IMG/VR virus record: IMGVR_UViG_2690315980_000001
Reading direction: 5' to 3' (one strand)
DNA: 24,231 nt
Source: a virus
Lineage: Duplodnaviria; Heunggongvirae; Uroviricota; Caudoviricetes
Shown: piece by piece, positions 13,580 to 23,005 of the stretch
Numbering within the stretch: the stretch's first letter is position 1
Layout of the letters: each line of letters starts with the position of its first letter
The notes under the pieces: model-generated
What the model was told of the DNA's origin: nothing
The model's database searches: none
The model's input: only the letters and a program-made list of their open reading frames with translations
Made by a program: the position numbers and the translations under genes

Positions 13580-13765
13580 CTATTTTCGGGTTATTAACTT
13601 AACCCCTGAGACAAAAAATAGTGCTAAAAATGTAATGCCAACAAGGTTAGCTGACTCAGGTGTTTTAATTGCCGTTTGCAACATGTTGGTTCCAAGAACC
13701 ATGATTGTAGTTAGCAATAGAAGCATTGCTCCAATTACATCACTGAACTTTTTAAATTTCAACAT
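13580..13765 (-). CDS. Small two-helix membrane protein
   Basis: 61 aa with two hydrophobic segments. Confidence 0.65.
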   Translation of the reverse strand: MLKFKKFSDVIGAMLLLLTTIMVLGTNMLQTAIKTPESANLVGITFLALFFVSGVKLITRK

Positions 13766-13853
13766 ACTAGTTTCTCCCCAAACTCTATATTAGAGATCTT
13801 ATATTATTCGATACATAAAATCAATAATAGTTCAATTAAAATCTGGTTGTTTT

Positions 13854-14573
13854 TTAGAGATTTATCCAGTTTATTGTCTTTTGATTGCTATCTAAAAGGA
13901 ACTGATTACACTTTTCAAAACATTTTGAACCCAGAAAAGGGACAAAATCTATCCCTTGTTTATTTGCACCAAGAGGGCTTGGGTGAGATGTTTTAATTAC
14001 ACAATGATGAGAACCTTCAGCCAACCTGGTTATTTTATGCGCATCCTTACCCCATGATAAAAACACTAGAGGTTTATTCCTCTTTATCAACGATTGTATT
14101 ACATCATTAGTAAATTCATTCCATCCCAGTTTCTTATGAGAATTTGAACTTCCCTTTCGAACCGTTAAAGTTGCATTAAGTAACAATACATTATCAGCCC
14201 ATTTTGATAAATCACCAGAGCCATTAGGTTGAAAATCTGGATAGCAATTTTTTAATTCCTTATAGATGTTATTCAAGCTTCTAGGAGGCTTTACCCCTTT
14301 AGGAACAGAAAAAGACATTCCCATAGCTTGAGGTATTAACCTTCCATCCACAACCTCCTGATTTATGTATGGATCTTGCCCTATAATCACACATCGAACA
14401 TTATCAATCGAAGTTCTTTTGAAGGCATTAAACACCATTCCCTCAGGGGGATAAACCACAAACTCAGATTTTTCTCTTTCTAGTTTTTCACTTATAGAGC
14501 ATAAAAGCTCATAGTTTGAACTGATAAGAGAATCCCAACCATTAAGTAATTTTAACTCTTCGATAATTGTCAT
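13854..14573 (-). CDS. ung: Uracil-DNA glycosylase, family 1
   Basis: IIGQDPY, GMSFSV, P.SL.NIYKEL, VLLLNATLTV, HPSPL. Confidence 0.95.
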   Translation of the reverse strand: MTIIEELKLLNGWDSLISSNYELLCSISEKLEREKSEFVVYPPEGMVFNAFKRTSIDNVRCVIIGQDPYINQEVVDGRLIPQAMGMSFSVPKGVKPPRSLNNIYKELKNCYPDFQPNGSGDLSKWADNVLLLNATLTVRKGSSNSHKKLGWNEFTNDVIQSLIKRNKPLVFLSWGKDAHKITRLAEGSHHCVIKTSHPSPLGANKQGIDFVPFLGSKCFEKCNQFLLDSNQKTINWINL

Positions 14574-14717
14574 TTAACACTCACTAACATATATAAATAA
14601 AACATTTATTGTGCTTTCTGTCACAAAAACCTTTACATACACGTTGTTTTATTTAAGAATATTATTTAAGAACATTACTAAAAGAAAAACAACAAATAAT
14701 AAAAAAACGAGGCCAGT

Positions 14718-16019
14718 ATGTTAAGAATAAAAAAATCATTTCTTACGATTTCTGTGGTCGCTAGTTTATCAGCTTTTAGCGTGAATTCACATGCTGAAGA
14801 TGCAAACACAGCTCCTGTAACAGCAAATCTAAGGATTCCAATTGCCAACTTAGTTAAGTCTAATGCACTTCCTTCTGATTTTACACCTTGGAAGGAATTC
14901 ACTCCACATCGTGATCACACACCTTGGGAACCATCTACGCCAAGCATTATGGCTTCCACACAAGGTCATCGCGGAGTAATCTTCAAAGATTCAGATGCCG
15001 ATGTTAATGTTCCTGATTATTCTCAAAGCCGAACATTTACGGTAGATGAATTCCGTATGGAACAAAAGAAAATTGAAGATGGTCGAGGTGAAGTCGCAGA
15101 TGATGGTGATCCTATTCGACATGAAAGAACCATCAATAAACAAGAAAGCCGTGTGGTCGCTGTTGACAATACAGCTTGGGAAGATACAAGTGAAGTATCG
15201 TGTACTGAATGGAACTCTGTTGGTTCAGCAAGTAGATATCTGACTCCTTACACTCAAGATGCTGAAGGTCAGGAAAGAACTTGTTCTGTCGAACAAAAAC
15301 GCTCAATTACCTTGAATGACCCAGATGGTGCAGTTACATACGATCAGATGAGAACATACCGTTATATCGAGACATCGACACAGCGCGGTTTGATGGATAA
15401 CAGAAGCTGTAAAACACTACTGGATTTCTACAATGCCAACAAATCCGAAATCTCATCTGCGCAACCAGGCTGGAATCCAAACGGATGGAAACGTTTAGAT
15501 GTTACCCCTAGTAATGCATACGTTACTTACTGCAACAACGGTTGGACAATGGTAGCAGCTCAGCGCGAAAATAGCCCTGTTGCATGGACTGGTGGTAACT
15601 ACCAATACGATCTAGAATCTGTCTACAATAGAGGCGTTGGTTTTGCGATCCCTAATGAAGTATTACCTATCCACACTCGTTGGGGCGTTGGTCAGAATGG
15701 AAGTGTAACTGTCGGTTTCGATAGTGGTAGATACAGTACTGGAAACATGCACGCTACTCTATATTCAGGTGGAAGAGCTTACATAGTACATAGATCTACA
15801 GGAAACCACTTTAGATGGCATAACCCTCGCTCAGATTTGATGTCTGAAGGTCAGTACAATAATACACTGACAGTAGAAGACTATACTGGTCGCTATGGTA
15901 GCTACTACAGATGGGCATTCTCTCCTTGGCACTCAGCAGCATGTTCAAGAGGATACGCTCTAAATGGCGCTAAATATGGCTATGTGACAGGTCAAGCTTG
16001 GACAGTATTCGTTTACTAA
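14718..16019 (+). CDS. Exported protein with a probable C-terminal fibrinogen-like/lectin domain
   Basis: Signal peptide ending SHA-ED; RSCK..L...., YVTYCNNGWTMVA resembles the fibrinogen C-terminal fold start; Trp/Gly/Tyr-rich C-terminus. Confidence 0.55.
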   Translation: MLRIKKSFLTISVVASLSAFSVNSHAEDANTAPVTANLRIPIANLVKSNALPSDFTPWKEFTPHRDHTPWEPSTPSIMASTQGHRGVIFKDSDADVNVPDYSQSRTFTVDEFRMEQKKIEDGRGEVADDGDPIRHERTINKQESRVVAVDNTAWEDTSEVSCTEWNSVGSASRYLTPYTQDAEGQERTCSVEQKRSITLNDPDGAVTYDQMRTYRYIETSTQRGLMDNRSCKTLLDFYNANKSEISSAQPGWNPNGWKRLDVTPSNAYVTYCNNGWTMVAAQRENSPVAWTGGNYQYDLESVYNRGVGFAIPNEVLPIHTRWGVGQNGSVTVGFDSGRYSTGNMHATLYSGGRAYIVHRSTGNHFRWHNPRSDLMSEGQYNNTLTVEDYTGRYGSYYRWAFSPWHSAACSRGYALNGAKYGYVTGQAWTVFVY

Positions 16020-16031
16020 CGAATAACAAAC

Positions 16032-16064
16032 AAAAAAGGATGAGTTTTAAACTCATCCTTTTTT
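16032..16064. terminator. Bidirectional intrinsic terminator
   Basis: AAAAAAGGATGAG-loop-CTCATCCTTTTTT. Confidence 0.8.
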
Positions 16065-16075
16065 AATCCCATCAA

Positions 16076-16396
16076 TTATTGTCGTGACTCGAAAGCACTT
16101 TGAACCTCTGCCTTGAAATTATCCGATGGCGCAAAAGTAACAACGCGTCTCTCAGAGATCATAACTTCATCACCAGTTTTCGGGTTGCGACCTGGACGGC
16201 TTCTTTTATGATTAATATTGAAGTTACCAAAATTAGATAGCTTTAATGGCTCTCCGCTAGCAATTGTTTCTTTAATTTCATTGAAGAACGCTTCTACAAG
16301 TGCAGTAGCATCTTTAGTCGTGAAGTTATGCTGATCAACTAAACGTTGAACTATATCTTTCTTGGTAAGGTTTTTTTCTAAAGTTGTATCGGTCAT
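16076..16396 (-). CDS. ihfA: Integration host factor alpha-like histone-like protein
   Basis: LTKKDI, KLSNFGNF, RPGRNPKTG.EV.ISERRVVTF. Confidence 0.85.
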   Translation of the reverse strand: MTDTTLEKNLTKKDIVQRLVDQHNFTTKDATALVEAFFNEIKETIASGEPLKLSNFGNFNINHKRSRPGRNPKTGDEVMISERRVVTFAPSDNFKAEVQSAFESRQ

Positions 16397-16607
16397 GATC
16401 TTTTCCTTATTTATTTAAAATTAAATATTTGTTCTTTAAGGTAATATTTTAATTTATCTCAATCATAATTTTATGAATCAAAGAGCTAACAGTCAACGAA
16501 TTTTTGATTGAAATTGCTTTAAATCAATAAAATATTCAATAGCTTCTATCTTATATCCCTTGATTTTAGTCTCAATGATAGAATTTGATTAATAAAGGAG
16601 ATAAAAA

Positions 16608-17072
16608 ATGAATTACATGACTTATAACCCTGTGGATTTTATCAATGGCGAAGGCACCAGATGCTCTATCTTCGTTTCAGGCTGCGAACATCATTGTCAT
16701 AAATGCTTCAACGCAAAAAGCTTTCCATTCGATGCTGGCAGTGAATTTAATAGCGAAATAGAGAATGCGATTATCAATGACCTAACAGACACAAGAATAA
16801 AGAGAAATGGATTAAGCATACTTGGTGGTGAACCCCTCCATCCAAAAAATCTAAATTCAGTATTAAAGCTTGTTAAGCGTGTTAGAAGTGAGTCTCCACA
16901 ATCTGATATATGGCTATGGACTGGATATCGACTTGAAGAGTTAGAGAAAGAACAACTTGAAGTTGTTAATTACTTAGATGTATTGATAGATGGTAAGTTT
17001 GACCACAAATTAGCCGACCCATCTCTTAAATGGAGAGGAAGCAGTAACCAACGCGTAATTTATCTTAAATAA
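16608..17072 (+). CDS. nrdG: Anaerobic ribonucleotide reductase activating protein (radical SAM)
   Basis: DFINGEGTRCSIFVSGCEHHCHKC (CxxxCxxC), GLSILGGEP, IWLWTGY, LIDGKF, WRGSSNQRVI. Confidence 0.93.
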   Translation: MNYMTYNPVDFINGEGTRCSIFVSGCEHHCHKCFNAKSFPFDAGSEFNSEIENAIINDLTDTRIKRNGLSILGGEPLHPKNLNSVLKLVKRVRSESPQSDIWLWTGYRLEELEKEQLEVVNYLDVLIDGKFDHKLADPSLKWRGSSNQRVIYLK

Positions 17073-17098
17073 AAAAAGCCATGCTGAGCATGGCTTTT
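17071..17098. terminator. Bidirectional intrinsic terminator
   Basis: AAAAGCCATG-CTGAG-CATGGCTTTT. Confidence 0.75.
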
Positions 17099-17110
17099 AT
17101 TACATCTAAT

Positions 17111-17881
17111 CTACACTTCAGAGAGCATAAAATGTGTTTCTACAGTCAATACATGTGACAACAAGTCAATTTGTTCCATACTCAACAAGTCTTTTGCCAA
17201 AGGTTCGCGTTCAGTTGATTGCTCATCCTCAAAACCAGCAATCATAGCAACCATTGTAAGCGATTCAAGCTCCCTGACTCCTTCTGCTAGTAAATCAAAG
17301 AAATCAAAAGGTACAAAGAAATCTTCATAGCCAGGCTTTGAAACAGATAGAACATTCACTTCAATACCATAGAAATTATGAGAAAAAATCGTAAACACTA
17401 TATCATTAAGGGTGATGACGATATTCTCATTTGAAGTATCAAAATTAAGATGATCAAGATCTTCATCTTTAATCTTCTCAATCATGTTTAATACTAGTTG
17501 ATAATTTTCATCAACCATTTCCAAGTAGCCCACATCTAAAATAGCTTTAGACATGAGTTTATCTACAAGTGCTGGAAGGTGTTTTCTACTATCAAACAAT
17601 TCATTTTTGCCAGATATTTCAATAGCTATTTTTGCTAATAAAGACTGATTAGGCAACAACGTAAAAATTTCATTTTTATCACCAGGTCTTGTTAAAACGA
17701 GACCATTTCCATTTCCGAGTACCCTGTTCGCAACATTAATCTTGAAATCATCCGTTAGACCGCTTTCACCTTTCATATGCTTATTGAAATTGAAACAGCC
17801 CGATTCTCCATCAAGTAAATGAATCATAGTCAAAGCAGGGACTGAAAGAAGCATTGTTGGTAAATTATTAATATTATTCAT
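17111..17881 (-). CDS. Hypothetical protein
   Basis: 256-aa ORF; last of three closely spaced minus-strand ORFs. Confidence 0.75.
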   Translation of the reverse strand: MNNINNLPTMLLSVPALTMIHLLDGESGCFNFNKHMKGESGLTDDFKINVANRVLGNGNGLVLTRPGDKNEIFTLLPNQSLLAKIAIEISGKNELFDSRKHLPALVDKLMSKAILDVGYLEMVDENYQLVLNMIEKIKDEDLDHLNFDTSNENIVITLNDIVFTIFSHNFYGIEVNVLSVSKPGYEDFFVPFDFFDLLAEGVRELESLTMVAMIAGFEDEQSTEREPLAKDLLSMEQIDLLSHVLTVETHFMLSEV

Positions 17882-17884
17882 AAT

Positions 17885-18865
17885 TTATACCCTGCTTTTT
17901 TGCTTGATGATTAAATCATTTACTAATGGAGCTTGAGTGTATCCATATAAACCTTCAAGAACGACCTCAAGATGCACTTCACTTGGAAAACTAAATCTAT
18001 CTAGTAGTAAACTCTTCACAGAAGATCTGACATCGCGACCTAAATTCTTTGCGTCAATAACTACATTAACCAACTCTAATAGAGAGATCGAAGATTGTTC
18101 GTTTGATGCCAACATTGTAGCTCTTGCTTTCTGTAAAACATCTTCACTTAATTGAGGATTCAATAAATATTTATCTTCCTCAATGCATGGTGTGAACATC
18201 ATTTTGCTGCGTTTTAGTTCATCTACAAAGTCAGGATTCCGAGTAGAACTACTATTTTTTGATTTAGTTTTAGCCTTTTCAATCAAATCAAGAAGCAATT
18301 CAGCAGAAGCGAAAAAGTCATTAATTACAATTTCTTGTTTGAACGCTCCAAAGACATTGGCATTAAAATCATAAAGCGTGATCTCTTTAGTGTGACTTTC
18401 TAAATCCAATTTCAACTTGAATGAGCCGAAATCCTGATGACCTTTCCCTAGATATTTTGGAGCAATATGACCATCATCATCAATAAACCCATTCTCTTCT
18501 AAAGCTAGCATGATCAGTTGAAGTAGTTGACGGTCTTCATCAAGATAAGTTGAGTTTAGATGGTACGCTGAGATAGCTTTAAAATAAGCCAAGGTAGATG
18601 GATTTCTAATCTCAATTTTAATGTTTGATTTTACATCACCAGAGTTAAGATCTGTTACATAGTATCCATAATCACCATGTACAGCGACAGCATAATCTTT
18701 ACTCTGATCATCATTGAACACTATCAGAGCAACGGCAGGCCAACACATGACTTCTGAAACATCAAATGACGAACTTTGAGAGAGCGTTTCAAATAGTTTT
18801 TTCACTTCTTCTCTTGTGTGAATTCGAATAATTGTATTCGCATTTTCCGTGTAAATGTTTGACAT
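17885..18865 (-). CDS. Hypothetical protein
   Basis: 326-aa ORF with a GTGG SD-like sequence upstream. Confidence 0.75.
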   Translation of the reverse strand: MSNIYTENANTIIRIHTREEVKKLFETLSQSSSFDVSEVMCWPAVALIVFNDDQSKDYAVAVHGDYGYYVTDLNSGDVKSNIKIEIRNPSTLAYFKAISAYHLNSTYLDEDRQLLQLIMLALEENGFIDDDGHIAPKYLGKGHQDFGSFKLKLDLESHTKEITLYDFNANVFGAFKQEIVINDFFASAELLLDLIEKAKTKSKNSSSTRNPDFVDELKRSKMMFTPCIEEDKYLLNPQLSEDVLQKARATMLASNEQSSISLLELVNVVIDAKNLGRDVRSSVKSLLLDRFSFPSEVHLEVVLEGLYGYTQAPLVNDLIIKQKSRV

Positions 18866-18873
18866 GTAACCAC

Positions 18874-19545
18874 CTAAACCATGAAGAAAATTTTATTAAC
18901 AAGAGCAACTAACTGGTCATTTGGATACTCATAAGAGTTTCCAGTATCCTCCAGCTTCTTGTTGATCATATCTTTAACATCTTCGAAATTTGAGAAATTA
19001 GATTTCGAGAACTTAGCCTTAAGTTCAAACACAATGTCTTCGATTTCTCTTTCCGTAAGAGGTTCATGCTTTGTAGATATACAAACAGATTTTACTGGTC
19101 GATTTGATGTCAAGCATGTGTGCTCGTCAGCAAACACTGGAATCGATAACCCATATGCCAAGCCAGAGAAAACTCTGGTTACGTATTCGGTATTAAGTTG
19201 GTATTTGAAATAATCAATCTCAAGCTTCTCTACAACAAATTGCGGTGACTCTTCAACAATAATTAAGGACAACTGACCAAGATGATCGTTTAGACTCATA
19301 ACTTCAAATGGCTCGATTCTAAAGCCTTCAGGTGCCTTCTCTCCCATGCTGTTTACGATATGAGTTAACTGATCTTGGTCAAGGTTTAAGCACCCTGGAC
19401 TCTTACCATAGATTTCAGTCAGCATCGTGTACAGGGCATTCTCATTCCGAGGAACTATTTTCAAGAGCTTTTTGTCATGCTCATAGACTAAAAAAACTGT
19501 TCCATCAAAACAGTCTCCTAGATAAACATTTCCATTTTTATTCAT
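18874..19545 (-). CDS. Hypothetical protein
   Basis: 223-aa ORF; first of the three-gene run. Confidence 0.75.
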   Translation of the reverse strand: MNKNGNVYLGDCFDGTVFLVYEHDKKLLKIVPRNENALYTMLTEIYGKSPGCLNLDQDQLTHIVNSMGEKAPEGFRIEPFEVMSLNDHLGQLSLIIVEESPQFVVEKLEIDYFKYQLNTEYVTRVFSGLAYGLSIPVFADEHTCLTSNRPVKSVCISTKHEPLTEREIEDIVFELKAKFSKSNFSNFEDVKDMINKKLEDTGNSYEYPNDQLVALVNKIFFMV

Positions 19546-19800
19546 AATATTAATTCTTTAATAGTGATTAGTTTTTACGCAACTGCCTGATCGCGTATAT
19601 GTTTTGTTTTAGTTTAGTTGATAAGAATACATTATAAGAACTAGAAAGTAAATAAAATTGATTATTGAAAATACAAAGTATTTTCTTACTAATCATAGTT
19701 ATAAATATATACTTAATAGTAATTATATATAAATAATATTAATTGATCACAAACCAATTCGTGTCAACTTTTTTTTAAAAAAGATCATCAGAAAAAAGTC

Positions 19801-19828
19801 TTGATCTTCCAGAATGACGATCTATAAT
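19801..19828 (+). promoter_or_regulatory. sigma70 promoter embedded in a GATC cluster
   Basis: TTGATC-16 nt-TATAAT; GATC at 19745, 19783, 19803, 19819, 19831. Confidence 0.65.
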
Positions 19829-19954
19829 CCGATCCGCCTGATTGATACTGATGTGTTTGATTTTTGAACGTTATCTTGAGATAACCGCGACAAGCGCGGA
19901 AAATCAATTCACTGTTTTGTTTACGTTTTTTTGTTGATAATTAATTAAAATAGA

Positions 19955-20482
19955 ATGAATTTCATTGTGAAAGCTGCTGATAGCAAGCTTTTTGTGTTTT
20001 TGTCATACGCCCTAAGTCCGATAGCCATAACTAGCACTTACGTGCTTTTTGTTTTGCTTGGAGCAGGTGTGTGGGCTACTCCACCAGCGATAATCTGCAT
20101 AGGTTTAGCGATCTTTGCTAACTACTGGATCGTTTCGAATGGCTTTGAATGGGAGAGAAAGTCAGCAATCGCATGGCGTTTTCTTCCTCTGACTCCCATT
20201 AAAGAATCAGAAATCAGAGAAAACATCAAAAGAGAATCGAGAGAATTTTCCGATGAGTGGGCTTTTGAAATCGGCAGTGATGAATGCGATAAAATCATAA
20301 ATGATCTCAAAAACAGAATAGAATTTATGATGAATACCTTTGGTTTGTTGAATGAAATCTCACTTCTTATTGAGCTTAACAAAGCACATGAAATCGCTTA
20401 TTCGTCATATTTAAAGAAGATCCAAATGGAAGACGATAAAGTATACGTCGAGTTTATTAGGAAATGGGGATGGCAAGACTAA
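19955..20482 (+). CDS. Hypothetical membrane protein
   Basis: Two N-terminal hydrophobic segments followed by a charged helical tail. Confidence 0.7.
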   Translation: MNFIVKAADSKLFVFLSYALSPIAITSTYVLFVLLGAGVWATPPAIICIGLAIFANYWIVSNGFEWERKSAIAWRFLPLTPIKESEIRENIKRESREFSDEWAFEIGSDECDKIINDLKNRIEFMMNTFGLLNEISLLIELNKAHEIAYSSYLKKIQMEDDKVYVEFIRKWGWQD

Positions 20483-20496
20483 ACCAAATTAGAAAC

Positions 20497-20517
20497 AAAG
20501 GGGGTTTCCCCCCTTTT
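20497..20517. terminator. Bidirectional intrinsic terminator
   Basis: AAAGGGGG-TTT-CCCCCCTTTT between convergent genes. Confidence 0.7.
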
Positions 20518-20518
20518 G

Positions 20519-20983
20519 TTATGCTGCTAATTGTTTTTTAGTTGCTTTCTTTACGTACTTAAAAAGAGAAGCGAAAAGAATTAGCGGTGTAATTGCCAAG
20601 CCAGCAGCTTCAATGATAGAGAAGTTTACTAGAAGGCTTTTCGGTAGCATTGATGTAATGCCTAGAGAGAACATGAACGCTCCCAAACCCAACATTGACC
20701 ATTTATCTTTGTAACCGATGAATTTTACAACATCGTCAGCGACAATGATTAAAGATACAAAACCTAAACTTTTCAGGTATACAACATTTGTTGTGTAAGT
20801 AGGGTTTAGAGATAGGACAACCGAATATACAATAAGAAATACTGTTAAAACGGTTGCGCAATAGATGATGGTCGAAGACATGACCGCCATTGCTAATCGT
20901 GTGTTCATCATAAAAGTTTCCTCTTTAGTTATGTCTTTCCCCAAAGACGAAACAATTATGCATCTATGCGATTCAATTGTCAA
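20519..20983 (-). CDS. Hypothetical multi-pass membrane protein (start may be a later Met)
   Basis: About four hydrophobic segments; Lys-rich C-terminus. Confidence 0.65.
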   Translation of the reverse strand: MTIESHRCIIVSSLGKDITKEETFMMNTRLAMAVMSSTIIYCATVLTVFLIVYSVVLSLNPTYTTNVVYLKSLGFVSLIIVADDVVKFIGYKDKWSMLGLGAFMFSLGITSMLPKSLLVNFSIIEAAGLAITPLILFASLFKYVKKATKKQLAA

Positions 20984-21023
20984 TAAAATAACAAAAGATT
21001 ATTGTCTATTTTTTATAATATAT

Positions 21024-21046
21024 AAAAAAGAGGCTATTGCCTCTTT
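21024..21046 (-). terminator. Intrinsic terminator after the Sir2 gene
   Basis: AAAGAGGC-AATA-GCCTCTTTTTT on the minus strand. Confidence 0.7.
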
Positions 21047-21051
21047 CTTGT

Positions 21052-21849
21052 TCACTCAAACCTTAAGCAGTTTTCAAAAAATTGTGAAGATGTCATCTTA
21101 GCTCTAAAGTGAGGGATATTAGCCTTACTCAAGACATCAAATTTATCACTTGGCTCTACATAAATGATCTTAGCATTGTAAGCTTTATGACAACCCCTTA
21201 TTGGTTCTTCCATATATGGGAATTGAAGTGATGTTCCAATCACAAATACGTGACTGACAGGCTCTCTCAAGAAATCTTCTAGTTGATAGATCTTTTCCAT
21301 ATCAAGCATACCATTGAACGGTACGATGTTTGGTCTCAAATCCGACTTGCAAAATGAACAAGCTGGTGCATTCCTTTTCGTCTTAACATTCAAGTCTATG
21401 TCACTTATGGGAATGTAGCCATGTTTGATTCCTCGAACATTAATGCAGTTTTTGCAATACACAACAGATAAGTTGCCGTGAATATCTATGACGTTTTCCG
21501 ACCCTGCTTTTTGGTGGAGGTTGTCTACTTGCTGAGTGAATACACACGAGTCTTTGACTAGCTTTTGAATCTTTGCAATCTGTGTGTGAGCGATGTTAGG
21601 TTTGTAGGATTCGTAACCCTCAAGCAATGGCGAAATAACGTCCCAAATCACACCAGGTCTTTTATCCATATTGAAGGCTGACAATAAATGCTCAATCTTC
21701 CCCTTCTGGTTTGTATATAGACCCCCTTCACCTCTATAAGTAGGCAATCCACTTGCCACACTGATTCCCGCGCCTGTAATGAATAACACTCTATCTGAGT
21801 TTGAAATCTCAATCTCATTATCATTTAGGCTTATTACTGCTTTTTTCAT
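21052..21849 (-). CDS. Sir2/CobB-like NAD-dependent deacylase
   Basis: GAGISVASGLPTYRG, TQQVDNLHQKAG, IHG, two CxxC, LRPNIV, GTSL. Confidence 0.88.
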   Translation of the reverse strand: MKKAVISLNDNEIEISNSDRVLFITGAGISVASGLPTYRGEGGLYTNQKGKIEHLLSAFNMDKRPGVIWDVISPLLEGYESYKPNIAHTQIAKIQKLVKDSCVFTQQVDNLHQKAGSENVIDIHGNLSVVYCKNCINVRGIKHGYIPISDIDLNVKTKRNAPACSFCKSDLRPNIVPFNGMLDMEKIYQLEDFLREPVSHVFVIGTSLQFPYMEEPIRGCHKAYNAKIIYVEPSDKFDVLSKANIPHFRAKMTSSQFFENCLRFE

Positions 21850-21908
21850 AAGTTATCCTATTTCATTTTTATTCTATCTATACACTATCGTAGCTCATCA
21901 ATCAATAC

Positions 21909-21936
21909 TTGACCCTGCCTCATTTTTATGTATAAT
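21909..21936 (+). promoter_or_regulatory. sigma70 promoter
   Basis: TTGACC-16 nt-TATAAT upstream of 21962. Confidence 0.6.
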
Positions 21937-21961
21937 TAGGATAGTTATCTAGGGGTGTTTT

Positions 21962-22933
21962 ATGTCATTCGAAATCTACAAAACTAAGTATCAATACTGC
22001 ATTTCATCGAAAAACCTACTTCATATCACAAAGCAGAATTTTGGGTATGTTCCTGGCTATGACGAATTTATGAGAAGTGAAGCTGAAACATTAATTCAGA
22101 CAAATGATATTCTTGGTTATAAAACAGACGCAGAAGAGAATTACTGGATTAACAGTGGTTGTCCAACAATCTTTGTAGAGGATAAAGACCTAATCAATGA
22201 CTTGTTTATCGCCAAGTATAAGACAGGTCTGAATGCAATGCTAGCAGCTCCCTTCCCTATCTTCTCCTTTTCGTTTCCTAGTAAGACGGTTATTAATGGA
22301 GTTGAGTTGCCACCTTGCCTAGTATGTCTATCAGGTGAAGCTGACATTTACGAAAACATGACGACACCTTATGACGAAAAATATTTAGGTGCTGAGTTTA
22401 CTCCAAAGCCTTTAACTAATAGGACTTTCCTGTCTATTAGTTATAGGACAAAGGATGGTTTTTTAATGAATAAGTCTGTGATTATTGAAGAGGTCATGGA
22501 CATCATTAATGACATGAACGAAATGGGTGATGCTAAGTGCTTCCTATATGATCAATCTTTGAATGAACTTGAATCAAAGATGATTCTTACCCTTACAAAG
22601 ATTGTTGCAGGATTGCTCATCTATCATTCAGCAACGGAAGGTAAAGGGCTTAGAAAGGGATTCCCATCAAAAACGATTAAACTTCCAAAGCAGACAACCA
22701 GAGTAAACTATATTGGTATGTCATTATCAAACTGCAATGAGTACACTCCGAAGCAAAAAGGGAACAGTAATTCGGGTGGATATAAAATCCTATCTAGAGA
22801 ATCTTTCTTTAGAAACTTGCAGGCTGATCGCTATTATCAAGGAAAATTCCAAAATGAGCCTAAAGGTAGTCGCTGGGTTTACGTTAGTGGAATTAACCGC
22901 GATGTAGATGAGTACACTCAAGGAAAAGCATAG
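21962..22933 (+). CDS. Hypothetical protein
   Basis: 323-aa ORF; GGGGT SD-like sequence; no family recognised. Confidence 0.75.
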   Translation: MSFEIYKTKYQYCISSKNLLHITKQNFGYVPGYDEFMRSEAETLIQTNDILGYKTDAEENYWINSGCPTIFVEDKDLINDLFIAKYKTGLNAMLAAPFPIFSFSFPSKTVINGVELPPCLVCLSGEADIYENMTTPYDEKYLGAEFTPKPLTNRTFLSISYRTKDGFLMNKSVIIEEVMDIINDMNEMGDAKCFLYDQSLNELESKMILTLTKIVAGLLIYHSATEGKGLRKGFPSKTIKLPKQTTRVNYIGMSLSNCNEYTPKQKGNSNSGGYKILSRESFFRNLQADRYYQGKFQNEPKGSRWVYVSGINRDVDEYTQGKA

Positions 22934-23005
22934 GCTAACCACATCTTTTAAGATTGGACATTCAATGCTAAAATTATATTTAATAATAAATATAAGGTGC
23001 ATTAA

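Noticed and set aside
16397-16607. IHF autoregulatory site upstream of ihfA
   Set aside because: No full WATCAANNNNTTR match found on either strand by eye.
19546-19954. Definite replication origin call
   Set aside because: AT-rich with GATCs, but no iterons, DnaA boxes or adjacent rep gene seen; kept only as a possibility.
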